64,000 nt of DNA from Candidatus Thalassospirochaeta sargassi (GTDB lineage Bacteria > Spirochaetota > Spirochaetia > UBA9216): contig JAQQAL010000035.1 of NCBI GenBank assembly GCA_028532855.1, positions 39,481-103,480 of the forward strand. The letters run 5' to 3'. Each line of letters opens with the position of its first letter. Position 1 is the stretch's first letter. Positions 40,750-50,927 of this stretch are shown here, piece after piece. The notes below the pieces were generated by a model. That model was not told where the DNA came from. It did no database searches and saw nothing but the letters and a program-made list of their open reading frames with translations. Both the position numbers and the translations under genes were made by a program.

Positions 40750-40961
40750 CTTGAAACTCCTTAATAATGTATCCGGACTTTGTCCGTTTGATGTACTGAC
40801 AATTTAATTCCCTTCTGTGGAGTAAGAATGAATTGGAAATGTAAGTTCAGAGGAGTTATGTAAGAGTCGGGTGTGATTATATGTGAATCAGGTGTTGAAC
40901 AGCCTGTTACTATCGAAACAGGCGAACTGCCGCTTTAAGCAATGCAATATACTGATATCAA

Positions 40962-41171
40962 TCAATTATCGCCTTTCAGCTTTTCGATTAATCTCATTAC
41001 AAGCGTTACGACAATATGCCCTACAAGGAAACCTGCAGCGGTTCCAATGAGAACCAGCCACTCCTGCCCCTGTTTAGCAGTAAGTGCTGCAATTAGAAAC
41101 CCGATTATTGCAAAGCTGAGCCGTGCAAAAATCAGTATCATCTTCTGTCTTGTATTTGTTTTTTCCATCAT
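40962..41171 (-). CDS. small two-TM membrane protein
   Basis: RBS AGGAG upstream; two hydrophobic helices. Confidence 0.55.
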   Translation of the reverse strand: MMEKTNTRQKMILIFARLSFAIIGFLIAALTAKQGQEWLVLIGTAAGFLVGHIVVTLVMRLIEKLKGDN

Positions 41172-41299
41172 TAAAACTCCTGAATTCTACCCTGTAACCG
41201 GTAAGTTTTTTTTTAGTCTTCTATAAAAAAGATTCTATCATATTCTCATAACTCTAACCATTGCCCATCCGTCTACCTGAATCATACAGCCGGTTAATA

Positions 41300-41950
41300 A
41301 ATGCTTTTAAGTTTCATTCTTATCCGTTGGTATTCTTTATTATGATTACAAAATTCGAATAAAGAATGAAATAGGTTAATTGCCTTCGGTAAAATCGGCG
41401 GAACAATAGGGGTGGTAATATGTGTTCTGTTCTCAGTAAACTGCTAGGCGTATTCGGCGGCGAGCGGAATGTTGATTCATATCTATATACAGCCATGATT
41501 GTAGGGTTTATAGCAGCCGAGGGAATATTTCTTACCGGTCTATTTGTAAAAGAGCGAATAGAACCAGCAATAAATCATTGATGTTTTTAATACTCAGCCT
41601 TTTTATGCTGAACCTTATAAACAGCATAAGGCAGGTTTCACAAATGTATTTGACTGTCTATACATGGGGAGCGCAGATTACGTAACAAGTATAGGGATAT
41701 CGCTTGTTGTGGGCATGCTTGCTGTTATTTCAGCAGCCCCGAAACTGATGGAAACGTTTGAGAAAAAGCATATACTCTTTTATGCCTGTCTAACAGGAGC
41801 CATTGTAAGCCTTATACCCTACTTCGCCATAGAGAGCGTTATAACAGGTTTGATTTCTCTGGGGCTCAGTTTCTTCACAATAGGTATAATGCTGAATACA
41901 AGCACATCGATGTTTATAGATCCAATAGATTATTCCGAATGGAAGCTGAG
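41300..41950 (+). pseudogene. decayed GPH-family (MelB-like) MFS sugar transporter
   Basis: Stop-interrupted fragments RLIAFGKIGGTIG, GLFVKERIEP, SMFIDPIDYSEWK; boundaries approximate. Confidence 0.65.
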
Positions 41951-42237
41951 CTTCATGTCTACAAACCTGCCCAGATATCCGCTGGGAACCATAACAGCAC
42001 CACACCAGGTTACCGGCATCGGTTTTTACTACACAAGCCGTCCTAATACGATTGTAAATATAACAGCCACCTTTGATCTCAAGTTTAAAGCAATGCCAGC
42101 TCACAAATCCCAGTTTGATTGAAAGAAGCCGGCCTTATTCAAGCTCTATTTCAAAGAAAGAGCAAAAAGCCAGCCGCGGAGCTGAGTGGTGGAATGGGTG
42201 ATATACAAATCAATTTTTTTTATTAAGGATCTATTTT

Positions 42238-42981
42238 TCAGAAACTATATTTTACAGGATTTACAGCTCCTCTTTTTCTATAGGAGTCAGGAATCCTTTT
42301 TCGTATATAGAGATCTCTTATAGCATCCTCAGCCACTTCACCTGTAAATCCAATTCTACCCGGGCTGTTTATCTGGATCTCCGGAAAATTATCTTTTGTT
42401 GCGTCTAACCATACTGCAGGTTTAAAAACTTCAACAATCATTCCCTGAATGACAGATAAAACTAATTCTACACTCTTAACCTTAGTTTTGCTGATTTTCC
42501 AGGCAAACCTGGTTGCATCATATATTCCTCTTTCAGAGAAACTCCTGTTCACTGTTATCATTAAACATTTGTGACAAAAAACAGCTTCTTCAGCAGCATA
42601 TCTATCTATAATCTCCAATGCATTCATGGGTCCGAAATCATTACTGCCTGTGCCTCCCGCTATATTGGAAATACCTGGATATGCATCAATGAGTGCAGCC
42701 TCTACTTCAAAAGCCATTTTCTCATCCATACCATGGCGGTGGATAACATGTATTACATCCAGACCAGCTGACAAAATCTCACGAATAATCTGCAGTTTAT
42801 CACTCAGCTCGTCTGACTCTTCATCACCAAGAGCTCCTCTCATGTGCTGAAAAACCCGGTTTCCACGACCTTTCCCGACATAGAATGTCTCCCCATTCCT
42901 CGGATCGATCAATCGATAGACATAGTATTTCAGTTTATCAATTACTTCAGGGGGAAATCCCGGTATTTCATTTTGTTTCAT
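42238..42981 (-). CDS. LEM-3-like GIY-YIG nuclease domain protein
   Basis: YYVYRLIDPRNGETFYVGKGRGNR..EAALID..N. Confidence 0.82.
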   Translation of the reverse strand: MKQNEIPGFPPEVIDKLKYYVYRLIDPRNGETFYVGKGRGNRVFQHMRGALGDEESDELSDKLQIIREILSAGLDVIHVIHRHGMDEKMAFEVEAALIDAYPGISNIAGGTGSNDFGPMNALEIIDRYAAEEAVFCHKCLMITVNRSFSERGIYDATRFAWKISKTKVKSVELVLSVIQGMIVEVFKPAVWLDATKDNFPEIQINSPGRIGFTGEVAEDAIRDLYIRKRIPDSYRKRGAVNPVKYSF

Positions 42982-43026
42982 AATTTACTCCAAAAAACCG
43001 TATTAAATCGTTTTTGTAATCCACTT

Positions 43027-44184
43027 TCAGGCACTCAGCTTTTGAATGTAATCCTTCGGCGCCATTCCCATTTTCTTTTTAAACAGGCTGTAGAAGGCTG
43101 AATTGGATTTAAAACCACACTCGAAAGCAACGGCTGTTATAGTAAAATGAGGATATCGTTTCTCATTCAGACAGGCAATGAATTCCCTGAGACGAAATCC
43201 GTTTATGTAGCCGTAAAAATTCTCCCCGGACTCCCGGTTAATAACCTCAGAAATGCGGTGCCTTGTTTCTCCTATCTCGTCAGCCAGCGTATTAAGGGTA
43301 AGATCCGAATCAAGAAAAAGACGTTTTTCAGCGATAGTAGAATTCAGCTTAGCGTATAAACTGCGGGATTCTTCAGGGCTTATTCCCGAGGTCCTGTACT
43401 TATCATCTTCTAAAGGTTTTTCAGGCTCCGGAGCAGCCTCCTGAACCCGTAAATCTTCAGGAACAGGCTGGTTCTGCGCGAAAAGTGAAAACAGAAAGAT
43501 GAATAAAAGAGCAGGAACTATCCGCACAAAGGTTGCCGTCAACGAATGAAAAACCGCCGCCGTCAATGGAGGAATCAGCATAACAATAAAGTTCAGCAGA
43601 AAAAGGAAAAAATAGAAAATAACAAGATAGTACAGCCAGGATAGGGTATTAACAAGCGTTCTGCGGGAGTAATAATCAGCAATACTCTTTTCATGCACGC
43701 GTATAAGCCTGAACACTGCAGCACAGTAGCCCCCCCGTGAGAGTATAGACAGCAGATTCCTGTAGAATTCCGGGCCAGTCAATAATCCGCCGTTAACAGT
43801 ATCGAGCACAGGCGCGTCCGCCGGAATCAACCACTCCGGGTTAAGTCCGGTAATCACTGCAATTGCTAAAAACGGAAGCAAGTGCAGAAGATCCGCAGGA
43901 GACATTTTGTCTTCAGAAAGAAGCGTTCTTGTATATAGCCACAGAAAGGGTCCTATAAGAAAATAACTGTTGCGGCTCAACACAAAAAGAAACATCGTAA
44001 AGCCCTCGGGAAGCATTCCCGGTTTGATGAAATTATCAAAAAGCGTTAAACTGAAAACGAGGATCACAAGGCTGCCCGACCATACAGGAATGGAGATTCT
44101 CCTTCGGTTAATAATCAGCAGGCAAATTCCTGAAACCATCCAGGCAAAACCCATAGCCAGAACAAGATCTATTAAACTGAACAT
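43027..44184 (-). CDS. membrane-bound AraC family regulator
   Basis: Multi-TM N-terminus; AraC HTH ..VAFECGFKSNSAFYSLFKK..P. Confidence 0.9.
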   Translation of the reverse strand: MFSLIDLVLAMGFAWMVSGICLLIINRRRISIPVWSGSLVILVFSLTLFDNFIKPGMLPEGFTMFLFVLSRNSYFLIGPFLWLYTRTLLSEDKMSPADLLHLLPFLAIAVITGLNPEWLIPADAPVLDTVNGGLLTGPEFYRNLLSILSRGGYCAAVFRLIRVHEKSIADYYSRRTLVNTLSWLYYLVIFYFFLFLLNFIVMLIPPLTAAVFHSLTATFVRIVPALLFIFLFSLFAQNQPVPEDLRVQEAAPEPEKPLEDDKYRTSGISPEESRSLYAKLNSTIAEKRLFLDSDLTLNTLADEIGETRHRISEVINRESGENFYGYINGFRLREFIACLNEKRYPHFTITAVAFECGFKSNSAFYSLFKKKMGMAPKDYIQKLSA

Positions 44185-44299
44185 AAAAAAAGTATAACAT
44201 TTTTATCCGTTTCGTTCGAGCAGGACGTTTAAGGATAGACTATTATGTAATATAGGGTCAGAAAAAAGCCAGAAAGGCAATTTTACAGGAGTAAAAATT

Positions 44300-45772
44300 A
44301 TGAAACAAATTAAATCAGCAATAATTATTGTTGCTTTGGCCGGCACACTGTTCACAACCGCCTGTCAGACAAATCAAAGCGGTGAAGAAGCCTCAAGCCC
44401 CGAGGTGAAATTCGTTGTAACCGACGCGGGACAGACTAAATTCTATGACAGCGACGGGAACGTTATTGACGCACCTGAACCGGGCGAAGCCTACTATGGA
44501 CAGGATGCACAGTATGAAGGCACCCAGATGTCGTTTACCGATAACGGAGATGGGACTGTCACCGATAATAACACCGGACTGGTATGGCAGCAGACACCGC
44601 CGTCAGACAAAATGACCTATGATGAAGCCGTTGAATATGTAGAAAATCTTGAACTCGGCGGATACGACGACTGGAGACTTCCAACCATAAAGGAATCATT
44701 CTCAATCGCCAGCCTTGATGGTGAACTGGTCATGGATATCACTGAGGCTGTGCCCTACATTGACACCGACTACTTCGACTTTTTCTATGATGAAAACCGC
44801 CCCTACACCGGCTCTTACTGGACCAGCAGCGTTACTAAGATTCCTGCTGAGAACGAATACGAAGAGATGGAAAAGAACTACGGGTTCAACTGGGCCGACG
44901 GACATCTTAAATCCTACGGCGACGGTTATTACCTTGACGGTTCATCATCCGGTTCTTCTATCCCCGCCGGTGTTCGCGCAGTTCGCGGAGAAGAGGGTGT
45001 TTACGGTGTTAATGATTTTGTCGACAACGGCAATGGTACTATAACCGACAATGCAACAGGCCTGATGTGGTCACAGCAGGACAGCGGTGCTGTAAACGAC
45101 GACGGAACAATCCGTAAAGAGACCGATGAGAACTTCGGATGGGGCCGGACATGGGTTGATACCCTGGCATGGGTTGAAAAAATGAATGAGACCGAATACC
45201 TTGGCTACAGCGACTGGCGCCTCCCGGATGCAAAGGAACTGCAGAGCATAGTTCAGTACGGCATTACCGAGCTTCCGGCCACCGATACTGACTACTTCAA
45301 CCTGAGCCATGAGGACTGCTACATGTGGACCAGTACCACCTGCGGCGACTTCCCCGATACGGCGCTGTACTTCGCCTTCGGCAAAGCCTACGGAATCAAC
45401 CTTGCAAGCGGCGGTGCGGCAGGCATGGGCGGTGATGAGAAAATGGGACCTCCACCCGAAGGAACCGACGGACCGTCTGATATGGCTCCTGAAATGGAAG
45501 AATCTTCGGTTGATATAGAGGCCACTGTTGACGACTTTGTTGACACACATGGCCCAGGCGCAATGCGTAACGATTATAAAGACACTACCGGTGCGGCTAC
45601 TCAGGCACCCGAACTTTCCCGTCAGCTTTGGGAAAAGCTTTACGGTGAAGAGTATCCATATGACTTTGACCCTGCAGATACCACTACAATCTTTGACTTG
45701 AGTGCATCAGAAAATGCGGCGGATTACATTGTGATTTACAACTACGCACTGCTTGTCCGCGACGCGGACTGA
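44300..45772 (+). CDS. DUF1566 (Lcl-like) double-domain lipoprotein
   Basis: Lipobox TTAC; two copies of DNG.GT.TDN.TGL.W..GY.DWRLP..KE. Confidence 0.88.
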   Translation: MKQIKSAIIIVALAGTLFTTACQTNQSGEEASSPEVKFVVTDAGQTKFYDSDGNVIDAPEPGEAYYGQDAQYEGTQMSFTDNGDGTVTDNNTGLVWQQTPPSDKMTYDEAVEYVENLELGGYDDWRLPTIKESFSIASLDGELVMDITEAVPYIDTDYFDFFYDENRPYTGSYWTSSVTKIPAENEYEEMEKNYGFNWADGHLKSYGDGYYLDGSSSGSSIPAGVRAVRGEEGVYGVNDFVDNGNGTITDNATGLMWSQQDSGAVNDDGTIRKETDENFGWGRTWVDTLAWVEKMNETEYLGYSDWRLPDAKELQSIVQYGITELPATDTDYFNLSHEDCYMWTSTTCGDFPDTALYFAFGKAYGINLASGGAAGMGGDEKMGPPPEGTDGPSDMAPEMEESSVDIEATVDDFVDTHGPGAMRNDYKDTTGAATQAPELSRQLWEKLYGEEYPYDFDPADTTTIFDLSASENAADYIVIYNYALLVRDAD

Positions 45773-45799
45773 TAACAGAAAGAGGTTTATTTTTTCAGG

Positions 45800-45830
45800 G
45801 GGCTGTCATCTCATTGACAGCCCTTTTTTT
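45800..45830 (+). terminator. Rho-independent terminator
   Basis: GGGCTGTCA-loop-TGACAGCCC followed by a T-run. Confidence 0.85.
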
Positions 45831-46097
45831 ATTTAGGATAAGAAATGCAATAAGAGCAACTACCTTAGAGATAATTGCTCTGTAAAAGATTTATCTAACC
45901 GGATGAACCGCAAAGCGGTTAAATCGGATTCTATTTTTAGAAATCAAATTCCCATCTATATTCTTATTTGATTAAATAACCTATACACCATTCCCGTAAT
46001 GTAGTCTGTTACCATCGGGACTCTGAATAGTGAAACTTTTCCGCTTTCCGATAACAGTAAGGTGACCTTTTAAGCAAAAACTGATTCTGGAGAGAAA

Positions 46098-47057
46098 TTA
46101 ATATTGTCTTATTGAGGAAGACTTTAAAAGTGCATAGATATTGTCACCGGATTGTAGTTTCAGCTCTTCAGCAGAGTCTGAACTCACCCTCACCCTGAAA
46201 TCAAAACCGCAATTCAAGCCGACTATCACATTCTGCCCTTCAGCCTCAAGAGACACGACAGTAGAATCCAGCACATTTCTGGCACTCGAATTTATTTTTT
46301 CTCTCAGCAATATTACATCATTTGCAGAAAAGACAATTCGCTTAAAATCTCCATCACGCCCGGGACAGTGAATCCTGGTACCGGCAGCATCAAAGATGTT
46401 AAAGCCCTCATCACGGTCAACAACACTGCCGCTGATTACATTTTCTGGTGTAGCAACAATCCTGCCGTGGTGCATACGATTAATACTGTCTGCAACCCGA
46501 TATGCAAAATCAACATGATGGGTGCTGAACACTACAGCGGTTCCAGCCTTAATAACCTCATCAATCAGGCCTTCCATATGAGTAACATTATCAGGATCAA
46601 TACTGGCAGTAGGTTCATCGAGAAGGAGGATAGCCGGGTTTAATACCATTGCACGTGCAATTGCCGTTCGCTGCCTTTCACCTCCGGAGAGATGCATACA
46701 ATGGCGGTTCCGCAGTTCGGAAAGTCCCCAGCGTTCAAGTTCGGCGTCTACACGCTGTTCAATTTCCTTTTTTGAAATCCTACGTACTTTAAGTCCATAG
46801 GCGACATTGTTAAAAACCGATGCAGAGAGGAGGTATGGGTGCTGATGTACAAGAACCCCGTCCTCATTTCCCTCAACACGTCCGGACTCAGGGACAAGAA
46901 ATCCGGCAAGTATCTTTAACAGCGTTGTCTTTCCACAACCATTTGGACCAAGAAGGGCATGGCAACCGCTGCGCGGTAATTCAAGCAGCTCAAGATTCAA
47001 CGCGGGACGTCCTGAATCAGCTGAACTATATCTGAAAACAATATTCTCAACTTTCAT
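46098..47057 (-). CDS. tupC: tungstate/molybdate ABC ATPase with TOBE domain
   Basis: GPNGCGKT, LSGGERQR, LLDEP; C-terminal SSARN TOBE motif. Confidence 0.85.
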   Translation of the reverse strand: MKVENIVFRYSSADSGRPALNLELLELPRSGCHALLGPNGCGKTTLLKILAGFLVPESGRVEGNEDGVLVHQHPYLLSASVFNNVAYGLKVRRISKKEIEQRVDAELERWGLSELRNRHCMHLSGGERQRTAIARAMVLNPAILLLDEPTASIDPDNVTHMEGLIDEVIKAGTAVVFSTHHVDFAYRVADSINRMHHGRIVATPENVISGSVVDRDEGFNIFDAAGTRIHCPGRDGDFKRIVFSANDVILLREKINSSARNVLDSTVVSLEAEGQNVIVGLNCGFDFRVRVSSDSAEELKLQSGDNIYALLKSSSIRQY

Positions 47058-47730
47058 GTTTAACTGTCCAATGGGTAATAAAGTTCACAATAAATGCAAT
47101 TACCATAAGCACTATACCCAGCGCAAGCGCAAGCTCAAACTGCCCCTTACTTGTTTCAAGGCTTATGGTTGTGGTGATTGTTCTTGTCCACCACCTGATA
47201 TTTCCACCAAGCATCATTGACACCCCCACCTCACCTATCACGCGGCCGAAACCGGCAAGCAGGGCTGTTACAAGCGAGAAACGGGCTTCCCATAAAATAG
47301 TAAAGAAGATGCGGGTTCGTCCGGCGCCCAAAGTTACAAGGGTCTCTCGAAGATTGCCGTCAAGCCGGCCGATGCTTGTGTTCACCATAGATGCAATTAT
47401 TGGAAAAGCCAGAACAGTCTGACCTATGATAATTGCCGGCGGATTAAAAAGTAGTCCAAGATAGCCGAGAGAACCCTGCCTCGAAATAAGCGAATAGACA
47501 AAAAGACCAATTACGACAGTGGGCATGGCCATAAGTGTATTGAGGACGGCTATGATAGACCGCCGCCCCCTGAAATTACTTAAACCAAGCAGAACCCCAA
47601 TCGGCAGGCTTATTATAGCCGAAAGGAGGGTTGAGCTCAGTGCAAAACGAAGCGATGTCCCAGCAATAAAGTAGGTCTCCTTATCCAGACTGATAAGGAG
47701 TTTAATTGCCTGAACGAAAGCTCCATCCAT
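47047..47730 (-). CDS. tupB: tungstate ABC permease
   Basis: PTVVIGL, GFGRVIGEVGVSMMLGGNI..TRTITT.I.LET.KG. Confidence 0.9.
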   Translation of the reverse strand: MDGAFVQAIKLLISLDKETYFIAGTSLRFALSSTLLSAIISLPIGVLLGLSNFRGRRSIIAVLNTLMAMPTVVIGLFVYSLISRQGSLGYLGLLFNPPAIIIGQTVLAFPIIASMVNTSIGRLDGNLRETLVTLGAGRTRIFFTILWEARFSLVTALLAGFGRVIGEVGVSMMLGGNIRWWTRTITTTISLETSKGQFELALALGIVLMVIAFIVNFITHWTVKHES

Positions 47731-47731
47731 A

Positions 47732-48583
47732 TTATTTGATTACGTCCGGATAGAATAGCTGTTCACCGTTCTTCTGGAATCCGGCGATAATCGCCTGACC
47801 TTCAGCACCTGTTACGTATTCGATGAGTGACATTGCTCCTTCGTAGTTAACATGTGAGTGAAGTTCCGGGTTAACTGCAATTACCCCGTATGGGTTAAAA
47901 AGAATCGGGTCACCTTCAACAACAACAGAAAGTTCAATGTCGTCTTTCATAGCAAGATATGTTCCCCTGTCAGTCAAGGTATAACCCTGCATATCGTTTG
48001 TCATTGTGATTACAGCGCCCATGCCCTGACCTGCTTCTTTGTACCATTTGCCGCTATTGTCAGCACCTGATGCGGCCCAGATAGCCTTTTCCTTTGTGTG
48101 GGTTCCTGAATCATCCCCCCGTGAAACAAAGTCGGCTTCTGCAGCAGCAATTGCAGCAAAGGCTGAAGCTGAATCATTTCCACCGGCAATACCGGCAGGA
48201 TCTGAATCCGGACCGAGAATGACAAAGTCATTGTGCATTAGATCACGTCTGTTCACCCCATAACCATCGGCCACAAATGCATCTTCACGGCTTCTTGCGT
48301 GAACCATAATAAGGTCAACATCTCCAGCCTCGCCATGGGCAATAGCCTTACCGGTTCCAACAGCAATTACATCAACCTTGTAACCAGTTGCTTCTTCAAA
48401 AGCAGGGATAAGTACTGCAAGCAGACCGCTGTTCTCGGTACTTGTCGTAGTAGCAAGTTTTACCCTCGGATTTTCCGGGGTTGCGGGAGCTTCTGCTGCC
48501 GGTTCCTGAGCACCGCCGGCAAAGGCAAATACGCTTGCAGAAAGCATTAGAAGCACAAGTAGAGTTTTTAAAGTGTTTTTCAT
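47732..48583 (-). CDS. tupA: tungstate-binding periplasmic protein
   Basis: LATTTSTENSGLL (TTTS signature), GTGKA, SRGDDSGTH; start moved to ATG 48583 after GGAGG. Confidence 0.9.
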   Translation of the reverse strand: MKNTLKTLLVLLMLSASVFAFAGGAQEPAAEAPATPENPRVKLATTTSTENSGLLAVLIPAFEEATGYKVDVIAVGTGKAIAHGEAGDVDLIMVHARSREDAFVADGYGVNRRDLMHNDFVILGPDSDPAGIAGGNDSASAFAAIAAAEADFVSRGDDSGTHTKEKAIWAASGADNSGKWYKEAGQGMGAVITMTNDMQGYTLTDRGTYLAMKDDIELSVVVEGDPILFNPYGVIAVNPELHSHVNYEGAMSLIEYVTGAEGQAIIAGFQKNGEQLFYPDVIK

Positions 48584-48635
48584 TTTTCCTCCAAAATGAT
48601 AATTGAAGGCCAGAAAGTTTGAGTATAGAGTACTT

Positions 48636-48746
48636 TCCGCCTTTCCAAACACGGGAGGCATATCCGTTTCCGGATACACCCTGACAAAGAGGTCATGCAC
48701 CTTCATTCTGCTGAAAGAAGTGTTTAGCCCCCTTTGTTCGGCGTCA
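48636..48746 (-). ncRNA. Moco/Wco (molybdenum/tungsten cofactor) riboswitch-class leader
   Basis: Minus strand CCGAA..CTAA..AGGGTGTATCCG-GAAA-CGGATATGCCTCCCGTGTTTGGAAAGG in the tupA 5' UTR; matches the Moco RNA consensus. Confidence 0.85.
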
Positions 48747-48818
48747 ACCAAAGATATTTTGTTAATAAAATTTTGTCAACATGAGGTTAAAAATTTATTT
48801 TTAGATTGGAAATTTATT

Positions 48819-49010
48819 ATGAAAATAAATATTCGCTTTGACAGAACTAAAATAGAGATTGAGGAGAACTCAACACTTTACGATCTTATCAACCTGAAAA
48901 AATGGCTGTTTGTACCAAAATCAATTAAGATTGACGAGGTCCTGATTGATGAAAAAGAAGCAAAGTGCAGGATTCTTTAAAACGGTCAGAGAGCTCTGCA
49001 TCAGCAGTAA
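48819..49010 (+). pseudogene. possible ThiS/MoaD-like sulfur-carrier remnant
   Basis: MKINIRFDRTKIEIEENSTLYDLI..IKIDEVLI..RIL* then NGQ..LH; ubiquitin-like spacing, premature stop, no C-terminal GG. Confidence 0.4.
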
Positions 49011-49245
49011 TAACAGGCTGACCAGCAGCCTTGGCAGGACAGACTATTAGTAAATCCATTAGAGGAATTGGCGTACCGTTTATCCGAAACAGCGAAACCG
49101 CCGGGTCTCCAGGGCCCCCCTTCAGAAAGGCTTTGCGGGCACGAATCGATATAAAAGGATAAAGCTGATTTACTACATCTTAATTCACATATCCTTGCAG
49201 ATAACAGAAAGCAATTATTCTATTTCAGTTTTGTCAGGCTTAGGT

Positions 49246-50433
49246 TTATTCATTGTTTTCTTTGGTATAAAAAGATGGATGACGATATGCCATCGGCAAG
49301 CTGTTTTTATCAGATATTAAAAACCCGCTGTCGGCACAACCTTTTCCGGCAATAGCATTTGCATATTTATCAAATTGTGCTATTCGTTCTTTGAGCAACT
49401 CCCTGTACCCTGTTTCATCAATAAGATCATCTATCAAATTAAGTAAGCGCTCTTCATCAGGACAGCCGGCAAAAACTTCCGCAATTCGGGCACGCAATCT
49501 ATTCAGATTAGAAACATTAATGGAAGAACAGATTCTATCAAGTGTTCGATAGGCTTCAAACTCTTCTACAGAGCCTGTGAGTAATTCGGTAAAAAGAAGG
49601 CAGACCTTCGTTGATATCTCTCGATGATTTACAGTTGATGCTTTTTTAAAATACTTTGCTGCAGTTTCAAAATCTCTAGTTTTCAGTGCTTGTACTCCTG
49701 CCAGTCTATTCAGATGGAAGTTATTTGAGTTGGATTCAATTGCTTCTGCAACAGCCTCTTTATCACCTGATTCATAAGGGGACCTGCCTTTCAGGGATCT
49801 AAGAATATAAACTGAGATGCTTAAAACAATTGCGTCCAGCAGGAAACTGATAGGCTTGAGATCCATTCCAAGAAAATAATCGTATAAACCGTGAAATACT
49901 GCAGCTGTGCAGACAGCACCAATTACCATACCGAAGCTGTATTTATTCTTTCCAGCCCTTTTACTGTAAAGATATAACCCCGCTGCATAACCCCAGATAA
50001 CCGCAAACGACATATGCCCTGTAGTTGCCATAACTGAACGTAGCAGCAGAATACCAAGCCCCCAGTCTGAATACAGGATATTCTCAAGTATAGCAAACCC
50101 AAGAGCAACTGCAGCCGCCTGCAATAGACCGTCCTTAGGTTCCTTCGTCATATCGGTCAGGCTTGCAGCCAGATAGAATACAAGGAATTTCCCGAACTCT
50201 TCGCATAAACCGACATAGAAAACATAGTAGGTCAGCGGTGATAAAAATGCTACATGTGATAATAAGAGTTCTTCTAATTCAGCAAGAAACAGAGCGGCAA
50301 AAACGCTTCCGATACCGCATAAAAATAAAGAGAAAATAACACTCGGCTTACCGGTTAACCTGGTCGATGTCTCAAACCGCTTAATAAACCACAACCAGAA
50401 AAAACTGACGGTAACTGAAATTACTAAAACCAT
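49246..50433 (-). CDS. PrsW-family intramembrane protease with TPR-like C-terminus
   Basis: EEFGK, GFAILEN, H..F...WG, HGLYD. Confidence 0.88.
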   Translation of the reverse strand: MVLVISVTVSFFWLWFIKRFETSTRLTGKPSVIFSLFLCGIGSVFAALFLAELEELLLSHVAFLSPLTYYVFYVGLCEEFGKFLVFYLAASLTDMTKEPKDGLLQAAAVALGFAILENILYSDWGLGILLLRSVMATTGHMSFAVIWGYAAGLYLYSKRAGKNKYSFGMVIGAVCTAAVFHGLYDYFLGMDLKPISFLLDAIVLSISVYILRSLKGRSPYESGDKEAVAEAIESNSNNFHLNRLAGVQALKTRDFETAAKYFKKASTVNHREISTKVCLLFTELLTGSVEEFEAYRTLDRICSSINVSNLNRLRARIAEVFAGCPDEERLLNLIDDLIDETGYRELLKERIAQFDKYANAIAGKGCADSGFLISDKNSLPMAYRHPSFYTKENNE

Positions 50434-50515
50434 AGATTATTACCTCCATATATCATAATGCAGAAGGTGTGCCATGTCAGGGAATTATTGGGTAATTGAA
50501 AAATGAGATTGCCCC

Positions 50516-50875
50516 CTACACCGCAAACCGTTTCCAGACCGCACGCACCCCCTGAAAATAAACCATACACCCGACACAGCAGCCGGAAATATGCAGATAA
50601 TTAAGCAGCGGAGCTTCATGTGCAGGAGATAGAGCCCTAACAGATTTAATTTCAATGAGTACCTTGTTATTAACAGCCAGGTCAGCGCAGAACTCCCCAA
50701 CCGCACCCCCTCTATAGAATACATTAAACAGAGCATTGTAATAAACATTAAGCCTTGCGGACTTCAGCTCAGAAAATAAGGCATTGTGATAGCAGCTCTC
50801 AAGAAAATCACCGTTAAGCTCATTGTGAACCTGGATAAACGAACCTACAATTTGATTTGATAACTCTTCACACAA
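50516..50875 (-). pseudogene. GxxExxY (PD-(D/E)XK) protein, probably 5'-truncated
   Basis: GDFLESCY, ADLAV..IEIKS, LLNYL; no ATG/RBS and an in-frame stop a few codons upstream. Confidence 0.7.
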
Positions 50876-50927
50876 AAGCAGATAACCGGACAGTTTTTAA
50901 AAAGAACAGAATTTAAATAGACAGTAT

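Noticed and set aside
41664-42122. 152-aa ORF as an intact gene
   Set aside because: Transporter pseudogene fragment reading through into unrelated sequence
48584-48751. N-terminal extension of TupA in the ORF track
   Set aside because: Overlaps the riboswitch; RBS and signal peptide place the start at 48583
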